DNA of 63,544 bases, counting the filler, from Nitrospinota bacterium (GTDB taxonomy: Bacteria > JAUXIQ01): the NCBI GenBank assembly GCA_030620925.1. It is 8 parts of 8 records of this genome, joined end to end, with 100 filler letters (N's around TTAATTAATTAA, not from the genome) between each part and the next. Parts side by side here need not be neighbours in the genome. Positions count along the whole stretch, not along the records: positions 10,072 to 14,218 come from JAUXIQ010000250.1; positions 14,319 to 31,544 come from JAUXIQ010000007.1; 6 more parts are not named here. The stretch is one strand, 5' to 3'. The notes beneath the pieces were generated by a model. It worked only from the letters and a program-made list of their open reading frames with translations. It did no database searches and was not told the DNA's origin. Shown here one piece after another: positions 10,267-19,045 of the stretch. The position numbers were made by a program, and so were the translations under genes. Numbering within the stretch: the first letter of the stretch is position 1; each line of letters starts with the position of its first letter.

Positions 10267-10313
10267 AGTTAGCAAGGTTTTTCTGCTATAACCGATAAAA
10301 CAATCCGGTATAC

Positions 10314-10430
10314 GGGAATGTTAAAAACTGATCCTTAAAGTAGACGGGATACTCAGTCCGGCAAAAGGAGCAGACTACTTCGAAAAAATTTTCGGCATCA
10401 CAAAAAAACTCGGGTGTTTGTAAGATTCCC
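10314..10430. mobile_element. Putative MITE / IS-end remnant (117 bp)
   Basis: Terminal inverted repeats GGGAATGTTAAAAAC / GTTTGTAAGATTCCC (13 of 15 match); non-coding interior. Confidence 0.45.
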
Positions 10431-10626
10431 CCTCCCTTTACCCCGCCTTGCGCGGGGCAGACATGGGGGAGGAAACCGAATACCACACTTTTCATATCAA
10501 CTATTGCCTCATTATTAAAGAACGCTTAGCTTTGTTGAAACTCCCTCCCTTGACGGGAGGGGATCGGGGAGGGTGGTTTATTTAAATTTATCCTCTCTTT
10601 AGTCCTCCCCCCAAGGGGGAGGAAAC
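10431..10626. repeat. Cluster of GC-rich REP-like palindromes
   Basis: Hairpins CCCCGC-CTTGC-GCGGGG, CCCTCCC-TTGAC-GGGAGGG and TCCTCCCCC-CAA-GGGGGAGGA; GGGGGAGGAAAC at both 10465 and 10615. Confidence 0.55.
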
Positions 10627-10709
10627 TTGAATAGAAGTATAATGTAAATCAATCTCATCGTCTCAGGCTGCCCCCCTGGGGACATGAGGCGCTTTTTGGG
10701 GAAAGATCA

Positions 10710-11228
10710 ATGAAGAAATACGAGCTGCTCATTAACGGTAACAAATACGAAGTTCAAATCCAGGCCCTGAACGACGGAGTGGCCACTGTACAGGTGAACG
10801 GCAGTATATACCGGGTCGAGGTTCTGGGAGAAAAAGTGGAAAATATATCCAGCCAGGCTGCGGCACCGACGCTGGCACCGGTACCCACACCGGCGTTGCG
10901 GCCTGCACCACAACCGGCTGCACCCAAACCATCACCGGCGCCGAGGGCGGCTCCTGCGCCTGCGCCCGCTCCAAGCCCTGCTCCCGCCGCTCCTTCGGCC
11001 CCCAAGGCCGGTCCCGGTGATGTAACCGCCCCAATGCCGGGCCTTATCCTCGAGCTGAAGGTGGATGAAGGGGATGTGGTCAATTCAGGCGACGTGGTGG
11101 TGCGCATGGAAGCCATGAAGATGGAGAACGATATCCTGGCCGTCAGGGATGGGGTTGTCAGCAAGGTGCATGTGCAACAGGGAGCGGAAGTTCAGAGCGG
11201 ACAGGTACTGGTCACCATCGGCGACTAG
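10710..11228 (+). CDS. Biotin carboxyl carrier subunit of a Na+-pumping decarboxylase (MmdC/GcdC-like)
   Basis: Ala/Pro-rich linker, APMPG, biotinylation motif EAMKMEN. Confidence 0.93.
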   Translation: MKKYELLINGNKYEVQIQALNDGVATVQVNGSIYRVEVLGEKVENISSQAAAPTLAPVPTPALRPAPQPAAPKPSPAPRAAPAPAPAPSPAPAAPSAPKAGPGDVTAPMPGLILELKVDEGDVVNSGDVVVRMEAMKMENDILAVRDGVVSKVHVQQGAEVQSGQVLVTIGD

Positions 11229-11305
11229 ATAAAATCGGAACTATATATCTCAACCCACCTCAAGATTATAACCGCGCGGCCCGCCTCTCGTAACAGGAGC
11301 GAAGA

Positions 11306-12418
11306 ATGGGTGATAATATAATCGGATTCTTACAGAGCACCGGTTTTTACGGAATGACTCCGGGTAACGTCGTCATGATCGTGGTGGCCATCGTCTTCTT
11401 CTTCTTCGCCATAAAGGAGCACTACGAGCCGCTGCTTCTGATCCCCATCGGGTTCGGCATACTGATAGGGAACGTACCCCTTTCCTTCACCAATATAAGT
11501 ACCCCTCCTCTCAGTTACCTCTACCTGGGGGTGATACAGGGGATATACCCGCCGCTCATATTCCTGGGGCTAGGCGCCCTCACCGATTTCTCTTATATCA
11601 TCGCAAACCCCAAGCTCATCCTGCTGGGGGGAGCGGCGCAGTTCGGCATATTCGGGACGCTGCTGGGAGCGCTGGCGCTGGGGTTTTCCCCCCAGGACGC
11701 AGGCTCCATAGGAATCATAGGAGGCGCCGACGGCCCCACCGCCATCTTCCTGTCGGCGGCCCTTTCGCCCAAACTTATCGCGCCCATAGCCATTGCCGCT
11801 TATTCATACATGGCCCTGGTACCCATCATACAGCCTCCTTTCATGAAACTTCTTACCACCAGGAAAGAGCGTCTCATTAGAATGAATCCGATCAGGGAAT
11901 GCTCCAAGCTGGAGAAGATGATATTCCCCGTGGCCGCCTTCCTGGTATGCACACTGATAGCTCCGCGGGCCACGGTGCTTCTGGGAATGCTCTTCTTCGG
12001 CAACCTGCTGAGAGAGAGCGGCGTAACCGACCGGCTCTCCAACACCGCCAAAACCGCCTTCATAGATACGGTAACCATACTTCTGGGAATCTCCGTGGGG
12101 GCCAGCGCGTCGGCGGAAATTTTCCTCACCAAGACCTCCCTCACCATCTTCGTCCTGGGTGTGACGGCTTTCAGCCTGGCCACCTGTTCCGGAGTGATTT
12201 TCGGCAAGTTGATGAACTGGCTTTCAAAGGACCCGGTCAACCCGCTGCTGGGTGCGGCGGGGGTATCGGCGGTGCCCGATTCGGCGAGGGTGGTGCAGAT
12301 GGTGGGCGCCAAGGAGGACCCCAATAACTTCCTGCTCATGCACGCCATGGCGCCCAACGTGGCAGGCGTCATCGGCTCGGCTATAGCGGCGGGCGTCATC
12401 TGGTCGATGTTCGGTTGA
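11306..12418 (+). CDS. Na+-translocating decarboxylase beta subunit (OadB/MmdB/GcdB family)
   Basis: EPLLLIPIGFG, GIIGGADGPTAIF, AAYSYMALVPIIQPP, GAAGVSAVP, HAMAPNVAGVIGSA. Confidence 0.97.
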   Translation: MGDNIIGFLQSTGFYGMTPGNVVMIVVAIVFFFFAIKEHYEPLLLIPIGFGILIGNVPLSFTNISTPPLSYLYLGVIQGIYPPLIFLGLGALTDFSYIIANPKLILLGGAAQFGIFGTLLGALALGFSPQDAGSIGIIGGADGPTAIFLSAALSPKLIAPIAIAAYSYMALVPIIQPPFMKLLTTRKERLIRMNPIRECSKLEKMIFPVAAFLVCTLIAPRATVLLGMLFFGNLLRESGVTDRLSNTAKTAFIDTVTILLGISVGASASAEIFLTKTSLTIFVLGVTAFSLATCSGVIFGKLMNWLSKDPVNPLLGAAGVSAVPDSARVVQMVGAKEDPNNFLLMHAMAPNVAGVIGSAIAAGVIWSMFG

Positions 12419-12557
12419 TACCCCGGCCCGCAAACGGATGAAAAACCGCCCGCCTCATGCTATATTTAGGATAACGTTCGGCTGATATACTATTACAACC
12501 GGAGGCGGCGAGTCTTTCTTATAACCTGAACAGAGATTCCTTAAGAGGGGGGGCGTT

Positions 12558-12899
12558 ATGTCCAAGATAAGAAGAAAAGTCAAGGTGACCATGGTCGAGA
12601 AACGAGGCAAGTGCTCGCCTCACGAGGTGGGGGAAAGCTTCGAGTATCCGGTGGTATTTTCCAGCCAGGTTCGGCCCAAAGGGATGTGTGTGGCGGTTGC
12701 CCATTCCTTGAAGCCTTACGTGCAGAGCTGCTACCTTGGTGCAAAATCCTGGGAAAGGGACACCCCTGACATCTGGTTCATCTCCTGCCCCTCGAAGAAG
12801 GGAACGGTATGGAAAATCGAAGCCATGGAATTGAGCGACGAAGACTTCAAAAGCCAGGTGAAAGAAGTATACCGGCAGTTCGAAGCGAAAGAACTGTAA
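12558..12899 (+). CDS. Small Cys-containing conserved protein (TIGR04076-like)
   Basis: KVTMVEKRGKC..HEVGESF, GMC..VAHSL.PY, ISCP..GTVWKIE; G-rich RBS. Confidence 0.55.
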   Translation: MSKIRRKVKVTMVEKRGKCSPHEVGESFEYPVVFSSQVRPKGMCVAVAHSLKPYVQSCYLGAKSWERDTPDIWFISCPSKKGTVWKIEAMELSDEDFKSQVKEVYRQFEAKEL

Positions 12900-13013
12900 C
12901 CCTCAGCCGGTGATACCGTCTGCGAGGGGCATATTTTATACAAAGGTGATGGAGTAAGGGGCGTATAGATGGATATAGGGGGGGGTTAATATCAATAAGA
13001 AAGGTCTCGTGGT

Positions 13014-14218
13014 ATGAGCGACGCGGAGAAAATAGACCAGGAAAAAAAGAAGTGGGAAGATACCACCCTGAAAAAGACCCTGGAGAAATCCAAGGAGCGC
13101 CGGCCGCGCTTCGAGACGACCTCCGGGATAGAGTTCGACCGCATATACACCCCCGGCGACCCGGGCGACAAGGATTACCTCGAAGACCTGGGGCTGCCCG
13201 GCCAATACCCCTTCACCCGGGGCGTACAGCCCACCATGTACAGGGGCCGGTTCTGGACCATGCGCCAGTATTCCGGCTTCGGGACGGCGGAGGAGACCAA
13301 CAGGCGCTTTAAATACCTGCTGGATCAGGGGCAGACGGGTTTGAGCGTGGCTTTCGACCTTCCCACCCAGATGGGTTACGATTCCGACCACCCCTTCGTT
13401 CACGGCGAAGTGGGCCGGGTAGGGGTGGCCATCGACAGCCTGCACGACATGGAGACACTGCTGGACGGCATAACGCTGGATAAAGTGAGTACCTCCATGA
13501 CCATCAACTCAACGGCGGCCATACTGCTCTGCATGTACATCGCCGTGGCCGAAAAGCAGGGTATCTCCGCCGACAAACTGCGGGGGACCATTCAAAACGA
13601 CCTGCTCAAAGAGTATGTGGCCCGGGGCACGTATATATACCCCCCCAAGGCTTCCATGAAAATCATCACCGACATCTTCCAGTTCTGCAAGGACTGCCTG
13701 CCCCAGTGGAACACCATAAGCATCAGCGGATACCATATAAGGGAAGCGGGCTCTTCGGCGGTGCAGGAGGTGGCCTTCACCCTGGCCGACGGCATAGCCT
13801 ACGTGGAAGCTGCACTGGAGACAGGATTGAACGTAGACGATTTCGCCAAGCGCCTCTCCTTTTTCTTCAACGTGCACAACAATTTCTTCGAGGAAGTGGC
13901 CAAGTTCAGAGCCGCCCGGCGGATGTGGGCCCGCATCATGCGGGAACGCTTCGGCGCGCAGAGCGACGAGTCGTTAAAGCTTCGTTTCCATACCCAGACC
14001 GCCGGGAGCACCCTCACCGCCCAGCAGCCGGACAACAACGTCGTCCGGGTCGCCATCCAGGCGTTGGCCGCGGTTATGGGAGGCACCCAGTCCCTGCACA
14101 CCAATTCCCGCGACGAGGCACTGGCGCTGCCTTCGGAGGACTCGGTGCGTATCGCCCTGCGCACCCAGCAGATAATAGCCCACGAGAGCGGAGTCGCCGA
14201 TACCATCGACGGCATGGC
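13014..14218 (+). CDS. Methylmalonyl-CoA mutase, substrate-binding large subunit (likely split type), 3'-truncated
   Basis: [18 protein letters not shown] (Tyr specificity residue of MCM), [37 protein letters not shown]. Confidence 0.95.
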
Positions 14219-14318
14219 NNNNNNNNNNNNNNNNNNNNNNNNNNNNNNNNNNNNNNNNNNNNTTAATTAATTAANNNNNNNNNNNNNNNNNNNNNNNNNN
14301 NNNNNNNNNNNNNNNNNN
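14219..14318. other. Artificial contig linker
   Basis: N44-TTAATTAATTAA-N44. Confidence 0.99.
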
Positions 14319-15158
14319 GAGCACCAGGAGCAATTCCAGAGGCGCTACGGCCTGGAAGAAGTGGTGGAAGTCTTCGGCTCCACGGAAGGAGGAGCCACTA
14401 CCATGCGCTTTCCGGAAGACCCCAGGGGAAGCGTGGGCGCCATGCCGCCGGAGCTGAAGTTACTGAACGAGAAAATGGAAGAATGTCCTCCGGCTGAGCT
14501 GGACGAAAACGGGAAACTGCTCAACTACGACGACGCGGTTGGTGAAATTTTAAACGTCGAGGGCGTTGGCAGGTTCGAGGAATACTACAAGAACCCCCAA
14601 GCCACGGCCGCCAAGACGGAAGGCAACATGTTCCACACTGGCGACCTGGCCTACTACCGCATGGGGGAAAAGGATGGCGAGCAGGTCCGCTTCATGTATT
14701 TCGTTGGCAGGACGGACGACTGGATAAGGAAAGACGGCGAGAACTTCCTGGCCGACCCCCTGGAGGAGATACTTACCCGCTTCGACGATATCTTCCTCTG
14801 CTCCACTTACGGCGTCCCCTGCGCCGACGGCGACGAGCACGTGATGGCGGCGCTGGTCCTAAGAGAAGGCGGTAAGTTCGATCCCAAGAAATTCTACGAC
14901 TTTCTAGATAACCAGGGCGATATGTCGGACAAATGGATTCCCGATTACGTGCGGGTGATGGAAAACCTGCCCCAGACCGACACAGTGAAAATACTCCGCC
15001 GTGTGCTGAAGAAGGATTACTTCAACCCCGATAAAGTCAGTGACACCATGTACTGGCGCGAAAGGGGGGAGACTACCTTCAAACCCTTCAGTAAAGCCGA
15101 TTACGAGCGCCTGCGACAGACCTTCGTCGAGGCGGGGAGGGACGACCTGCTTATCTGA
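14319..15158 (+). CDS. AMP-binding acyl-CoA ligase (FadD17/CaiC-like), 5'-truncated
   Basis: Frame open from contig start; FGSTEGG, YYKNPQAT, FHTGDLAY, GRTDDWIRKDGENF, LPQTDTVKI. Confidence 0.85.
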   Translation, partial: EHQEQFQRRYGLEEVVEVFGSTEGGATTMRFPEDPRGSVGAMPPELKLLNEKMEECPPAELDENGKLLNYDDAVGEILNVEGVGRFEEYYKNPQATAAKTEGNMFHTGDLAYYRMGEKDGEQVRFMYFVGRTDDWIRKDGENFLADPLEEILTRFDDIFLCSTYGVPCADGDEHVMAALVLREGGKFDPKKFYDFLDNQGDMSDKWIPDYVRVMENLPQTDTVKILRRVLKKDYFNPDKVSDTMYWRERGETTFKPFSKADYERLRQTFVEAGRDDLLI

Positions 15159-15184
15159 CACCGTTCAAAAAACTGGCGACACCG

Positions 15185-15215
15185 ACGGCCCGGAGCTCCT
15201 CCGGGCCGTTTTTTT
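15185..15215 (+). terminator. Intrinsic terminator
   Basis: ACGGCCCGGAG-CTC-CTCCGGGCCGT followed by a T run. Confidence 0.9.
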
Positions 15216-15357
15216 GAATGGATATTTTTTGTAAGGTTGAACCCTGATTGTTTTTGACGAAATCGAAATTGTTTAGAGGTGTTATCTAAATTCGCGACAA
15301 AGCCTGCCCTGGAAGGGAAGCTGTTCCTACATAGCGTGGCGCGGGTTCTTGAATTTT

Positions 15358-15420
15358 GTAGTAGCGCCTTCCAGGCGCGATCCGGAACAAAAGGTTAATG
15401 GGGGCGGCATCATGCCGCCC
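15358..15420. repeat. REP-like palindrome doublet between convergent genes
   Basis: GTAG-tagcgccttccaggcgcgat (GCGCCT-TCC-AGGCGC) and GGGCGGCAT-C-ATGCCGCCC. Confidence 0.5.
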
Positions 15421-15426
15421 AGAGCT

Positions 15427-16200
15427 TCACAGCATCTTCAACGGCCAGCCGCCGTTGACACCGAGGCAGATGCCGGTGACGTATGACGCCGCCTCGGAAG
15501 CGAGAAACACCACCGCCGCCGCCTGTTCTTCAGGCTCGGCCAGCCTTTTAATGGGAACCCTGCCTTCCATTCTCTCCCTCAGTCCGGGATTGCGCTCCAG
15601 CGCACTGATGACCACCGGTGTGAGCGTTGCACCGGGGGAAACTGCATTGACGGTTACCCCGTGCCGGGCCACCTCAGCCGCGCAATGCCTGGTAAAACCG
15701 AGCACGCCCGCCTTGGCGGCGGAATAAGTTGCCGGCCCCAGGACGCTGACCAGCTCTCCGGCCAGGGAAGCTATGTTTATTATCCTTCCCCATTTTCGCT
15801 CTATCATGCCCGGCAGGACCGCCCTGGAGCAGAGAAAAGCGCTCTTGAGGCACAGGTCTATGGTGCTTTCGAAGTCCTCGTCGCTGGTGTCCACCACCTT
15901 GGCCCCCCGGGGGCCGCCGGCGTTATTGACAAGGATGTCTATCTTCTCGAATGTACCCAGGGCGCCTTCCATCATCTCCCGGACGCCATCGCTTCGGCTC
16001 ACGTCGGCATGCACCGCCGCGGCCCTCCCACCAAGGCCCTCTATTTCTTCAACTACTTTTCCGGCCCCCTCCAGGTTTATGTCGGCTACGACCACTTCCG
16101 CGCCTTCGCAGGCCAGCATCAGCGCCGAAGCCTTGCCGATGCCGCTGGCAGAGCCGGTGACCACGGCCGTCTTATTTTCAAGGCCGACTTTAAATCTCAT
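15427..16200 (-). CDS. Classical short-chain dehydrogenase/reductase (FabG-like)
   Basis: TGSASGIG, NNAG, YSAAK, VNAVSPG; AAGGAGG RBS before ATG at 16200. Confidence 0.95.
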   Translation of the reverse strand: MRFKVGLENKTAVVTGSASGIGKASALMLACEGAEVVVADINLEGAGKVVEEIEGLGGRAAAVHADVSRSDGVREMMEGALGTFEKIDILVNNAGGPRGAKVVDTSDEDFESTIDLCLKSAFLCSRAVLPGMIERKWGRIINIASLAGELVSVLGPATYSAAKAGVLGFTRHCAAEVARHGVTVNAVSPGATLTPVVISALERNPGLRERMEGRVPIKRLAEPEEQAAAVVFLASEAASYVTGICLGVNGGWPLKML

Positions 16201-16407
16201 TTCATCCTCCTTTCCGTAAGCCAGAGTCGTCTCAGCCTTCCACCAACCGTGGAGCATTATCACAGATTGGAAATCAAATCAAGGACAGAAGGAGGCCGTG
16301 GGCGCCCGGAAAATATGAATACGAACTTTTTGTATTGAATAATAGGTTGAGAATGTCGTAAAGTTCAGGATGATTTTTTTCCTTTACAATTTAACGGAGG
16401 GTATGAC

Positions 16408-18387
16408 ATGGGAAAAGACATCTCCTATGGATACGGGGGAAGCATACTACGCATCGATCTTTCAAATCGTTCCGGCAGCAGAGAGCGGATTACCGATGAG
16501 CTGAAAAAACGCTTCCTGGGCGGGCTGGGGATAAACGATTGGCTCCTGTGGCAGCATTTCCTGAATACCGATATCAACTGCGACCCTCGCAGTGAGGATA
16601 ACGTCCTGATAGCAGGTCTTGGTCCCTTCGGCGGCACCGCACTGGGCCTGGGCAGCAAGATGAAATTTACCTTCAAGAGCCCACTCACCAATATGTTCGG
16701 CGACTCGGCAGCCGGCGGCACGCTCGGCCCTAATATGCGCTGGGCGGGCTACGATAACCTGGTGGTGACCGGTAAGGCAGAGAAACCCGTCTATATCTTG
16801 ATAGACGACAAAAAGGTGGAAATACGGGATGCGACTCATTTATGGGGAAAAGGGACGGAGGAAACCCAGGAGCATATCTTTGCTGAGATCGGCGATCCTT
16901 CGGTGGGCATCGCCTGCATCGGCCCCGCCGGGGAAAACCTGGTGGGTTATGCCTGCATAACGGTAACCCATGAACGGGCGGCGGGCCGGACGGGGGGTGG
17001 CTGCGTGATGGGCTCCAAAAACCTTAAGGCGATAGTAGCCCGGGGAACCAGAGGCATACCCGTCTATGATCCGAAGGCGTTTTTACAAATCGCCGCCGAG
17101 ATGCGCAAATTTATCAACGAGCCCGCCCGCAGGGGCTTCAAGAAGGCGGGAACCATAGGGGTTGCCAGGCTGTACAAGGAGATAGGGGATTTAACATACA
17201 GAAACGGACTTCTGGACTCGATGCCCTCAGACAAGCTGGACATGTTAATGCCCGATTGGGTCATTAAAAACCTTAAGCTCTACGACTACTCCTGTTCCCC
17301 CGGCTGCAGCGTCGGCTGCTGCAACATCATCTCCGTTAAAGGGGATGAATCACCCCACGCAGGAAGACTCGCCGGAACCTATTGCGTGGCCCCGGAGCTC
17401 TACGCTTTGGGTAAGTTCGGGGTGGGGTGCGACGTCGGCGACTTCCCGGCCATAACTTATATGAATAATCTGTGCAACAGATACGGGCTGGACGGTCTGG
17501 AGGTGAGCAGCATCATCCCCTGGCTCATGGAGCTGTGGGAAAGAGGGGTGATCACCGAGAAGGAGACCGAGGAGTGGTGCGGCGAGCCGGTCCGCCTCGA
17601 GTGGGGGAACGTTGATGCCATGGAAACGGTAATCCGCTCCATGGGCGAGCAGGACAACGAATTGGGCCGCATCCTGAAGGACGGCATCCTCCCCGCGGCC
17701 GAACGCATCATGATGATTACCGATAAGCCGACATTACCCTACGCCACCTACGGCAAAGGCGGCATGGCCTATCTCAAGGAGGTTCGTCCGTTCCCATCAT
17801 GGGCCGCTATGCTGGCTGTCTCTTCTCGTGGCGCCGACCACCTTAAGGGGCTTAACATGGTGGAGAAGGGGCAGCGGAAGGATATAGCCATGGCCTGGTT
17901 CGGCAAGCCTGAGGCCGCTAAAGCCTACGATCCCGAAATGAAGGGCATGACGCACGCCAGGGCGGAAAACAACGTAGCTGCCATAAATGCGCTGGGTATT
18001 TGCGTATTCTTGCCCAGTTTCGAGCCGTTGAAGATCAGTTTCGATCTGTTCGCCTCCGCTTATCACGCTCTCACCGGTATAGAGCTGACGGGGGATGAAC
18101 TTTACGGTATAGGGGAGCGCTGCTCTAATTTGGAAAAAGCTTTCAATTCCCGCCTGGGGCTTACCAGGGAGGACGACAAACTCTGCGAGCGCTACATGAA
18201 GGAGCCCGTTACTTCCGGGCCCGGCAAGGGGATGAAGTGCGAGGACTATTTCGACCACCTGCTGGACCAGTATTACGATTATAAGGGCTGGGACAAGAAG
18301 ACCTCGCTCCAGACCAGGAAGAAGTTGGAGGAGTTGGGGTTGTCCGAGGTGGCGGACGTCCTGGAAAAAGATAAAGCTCTGGTCTGA
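16408..18387 (+). CDS. Aldehyde:ferredoxin oxidoreductase family (tungstopterin) enzyme
   Basis: KSPLT, CIGPAGENLV, AAGRTGGGCVMGSKNLKAI, CSPGCSVGC, CNRYGLD, SSRGADH, LGIC, YY..KGWD; GGAGG RBS. Confidence 0.93.
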   Translation: MGKDISYGYGGSILRIDLSNRSGSRERITDELKKRFLGGLGINDWLLWQHFLNTDINCDPRSEDNVLIAGLGPFGGTALGLGSKMKFTFKSPLTNMFGDSAAGGTLGPNMRWAGYDNLVVTGKAEKPVYILIDDKKVEIRDATHLWGKGTEETQEHIFAEIGDPSVGIACIGPAGENLVGYACITVTHERAAGRTGGGCVMGSKNLKAIVARGTRGIPVYDPKAFLQIAAEMRKFINEPARRGFKKAGTIGVARLYKEIGDLTYRNGLLDSMPSDKLDMLMPDWVIKNLKLYDYSCSPGCSVGCCNIISVKGDESPHAGRLAGTYCVAPELYALGKFGVGCDVGDFPAITYMNNLCNRYGLDGLEVSSIIPWLMELWERGVITEKETEEWCGEPVRLEWGNVDAMETVIRSMGEQDNELGRILKDGILPAAERIMMITDKPTLPYATYGKGGMAYLKEVRPFPSWAAMLAVSSRGADHLKGLNMVEKGQRKDIAMAWFGKPEAAKAYDPEMKGMTHARAENNVAAINALGICVFLPSFEPLKISFDLFASAYHALTGIELTGDELYGIGERCSNLEKAFNSRLGLTREDDKLCERYMKEPVTSGPGKGMKCEDYFDHLLDQYYDYKGWDKKTSLQTRKKLEELGLSEVADVLEKDKALV

Positions 18388-18478
18388 AAAGTTTCATTAA
18401 TGAGGGAACCTTTTTAAAAAAACCTCCTCGTTGGAAGGGGCTCATATTCCTTCTAAAAACCTTTGATTTCCAGGTCGT

Positions 18479-18955
18479 CTATTTTGTCCCTTCCAAATAG
18501 TCCACGGCCATCTGGAGCCCTTTTTCGGCTATCCTGCGCATGACCTCTTCCCGCTCACCTTCGAACTCGTGGTGCTCGCACCTGTTGCCGTCGGGGGTGC
18601 AGAGCGCTATGTAGGCGGAGCCCAGAGGTTTCGACGAGCGGCCCGGGATGGGCCCGGCGATGCCCGTCTCGGCGATGGTGATATTCGCCCTGGTGCGTTC
18701 CTTAACACCTTCCGCCATGGCGATAGCGCCCTCTTCACTCACCGACCCCGGCCCGTCCAGCACCTCCGCCGGAACACCCAGCACGTGAATCTTGGTGTTC
18801 CGGGTATAGGTCACTGTGCCTCCCAGATAGTATTTAGAGGCCCCCGGAACGCTCACGATGAGATGGCTCATGAGACCGCCGGTGGTGGACTCTGCCGCCG
18901 CTATGTGCCAGCCTCTCTCTATTAGCAACTGCCCCAATTTTTCTTCGGTTCTCAC
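18479..18955 (-). CDS. CinA C-terminal domain protein (NMN deamidase, PncC-like)
   Basis: AAESTTGGL, GASKYYLGGTVTY, VSEEGAIAMAEG, TGIAGP; GTG start after GAGGGGG. Confidence 0.9.
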   Translation of the reverse strand: MRTEEKLGQLLIERGWHIAAAESTTGGLMSHLIVSVPGASKYYLGGTVTYTRNTKIHVLGVPAEVLDGPGSVSEEGAIAMAEGVKERTRANITIAETGIAGPIPGRSSKPLGSAYIALCTPDGNRCEHHEFEGEREEVMRRIAEKGLQMAVDYLEGTK

Positions 18956-19045
18956 GGTTATTCCCCCTCTTGAGATGAGATTTATCACACTTGACATGAA
19001 ACTTATTCTGCGTTATCCGTATGCCGATTTCCGCCTCCATCTCCA

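Noticed and set aside
10855-11010. Repetitive GC-rich DNA encoding APAPAP
   Set aside because: Normal Ala/Pro linker of biotin carrier subunits.
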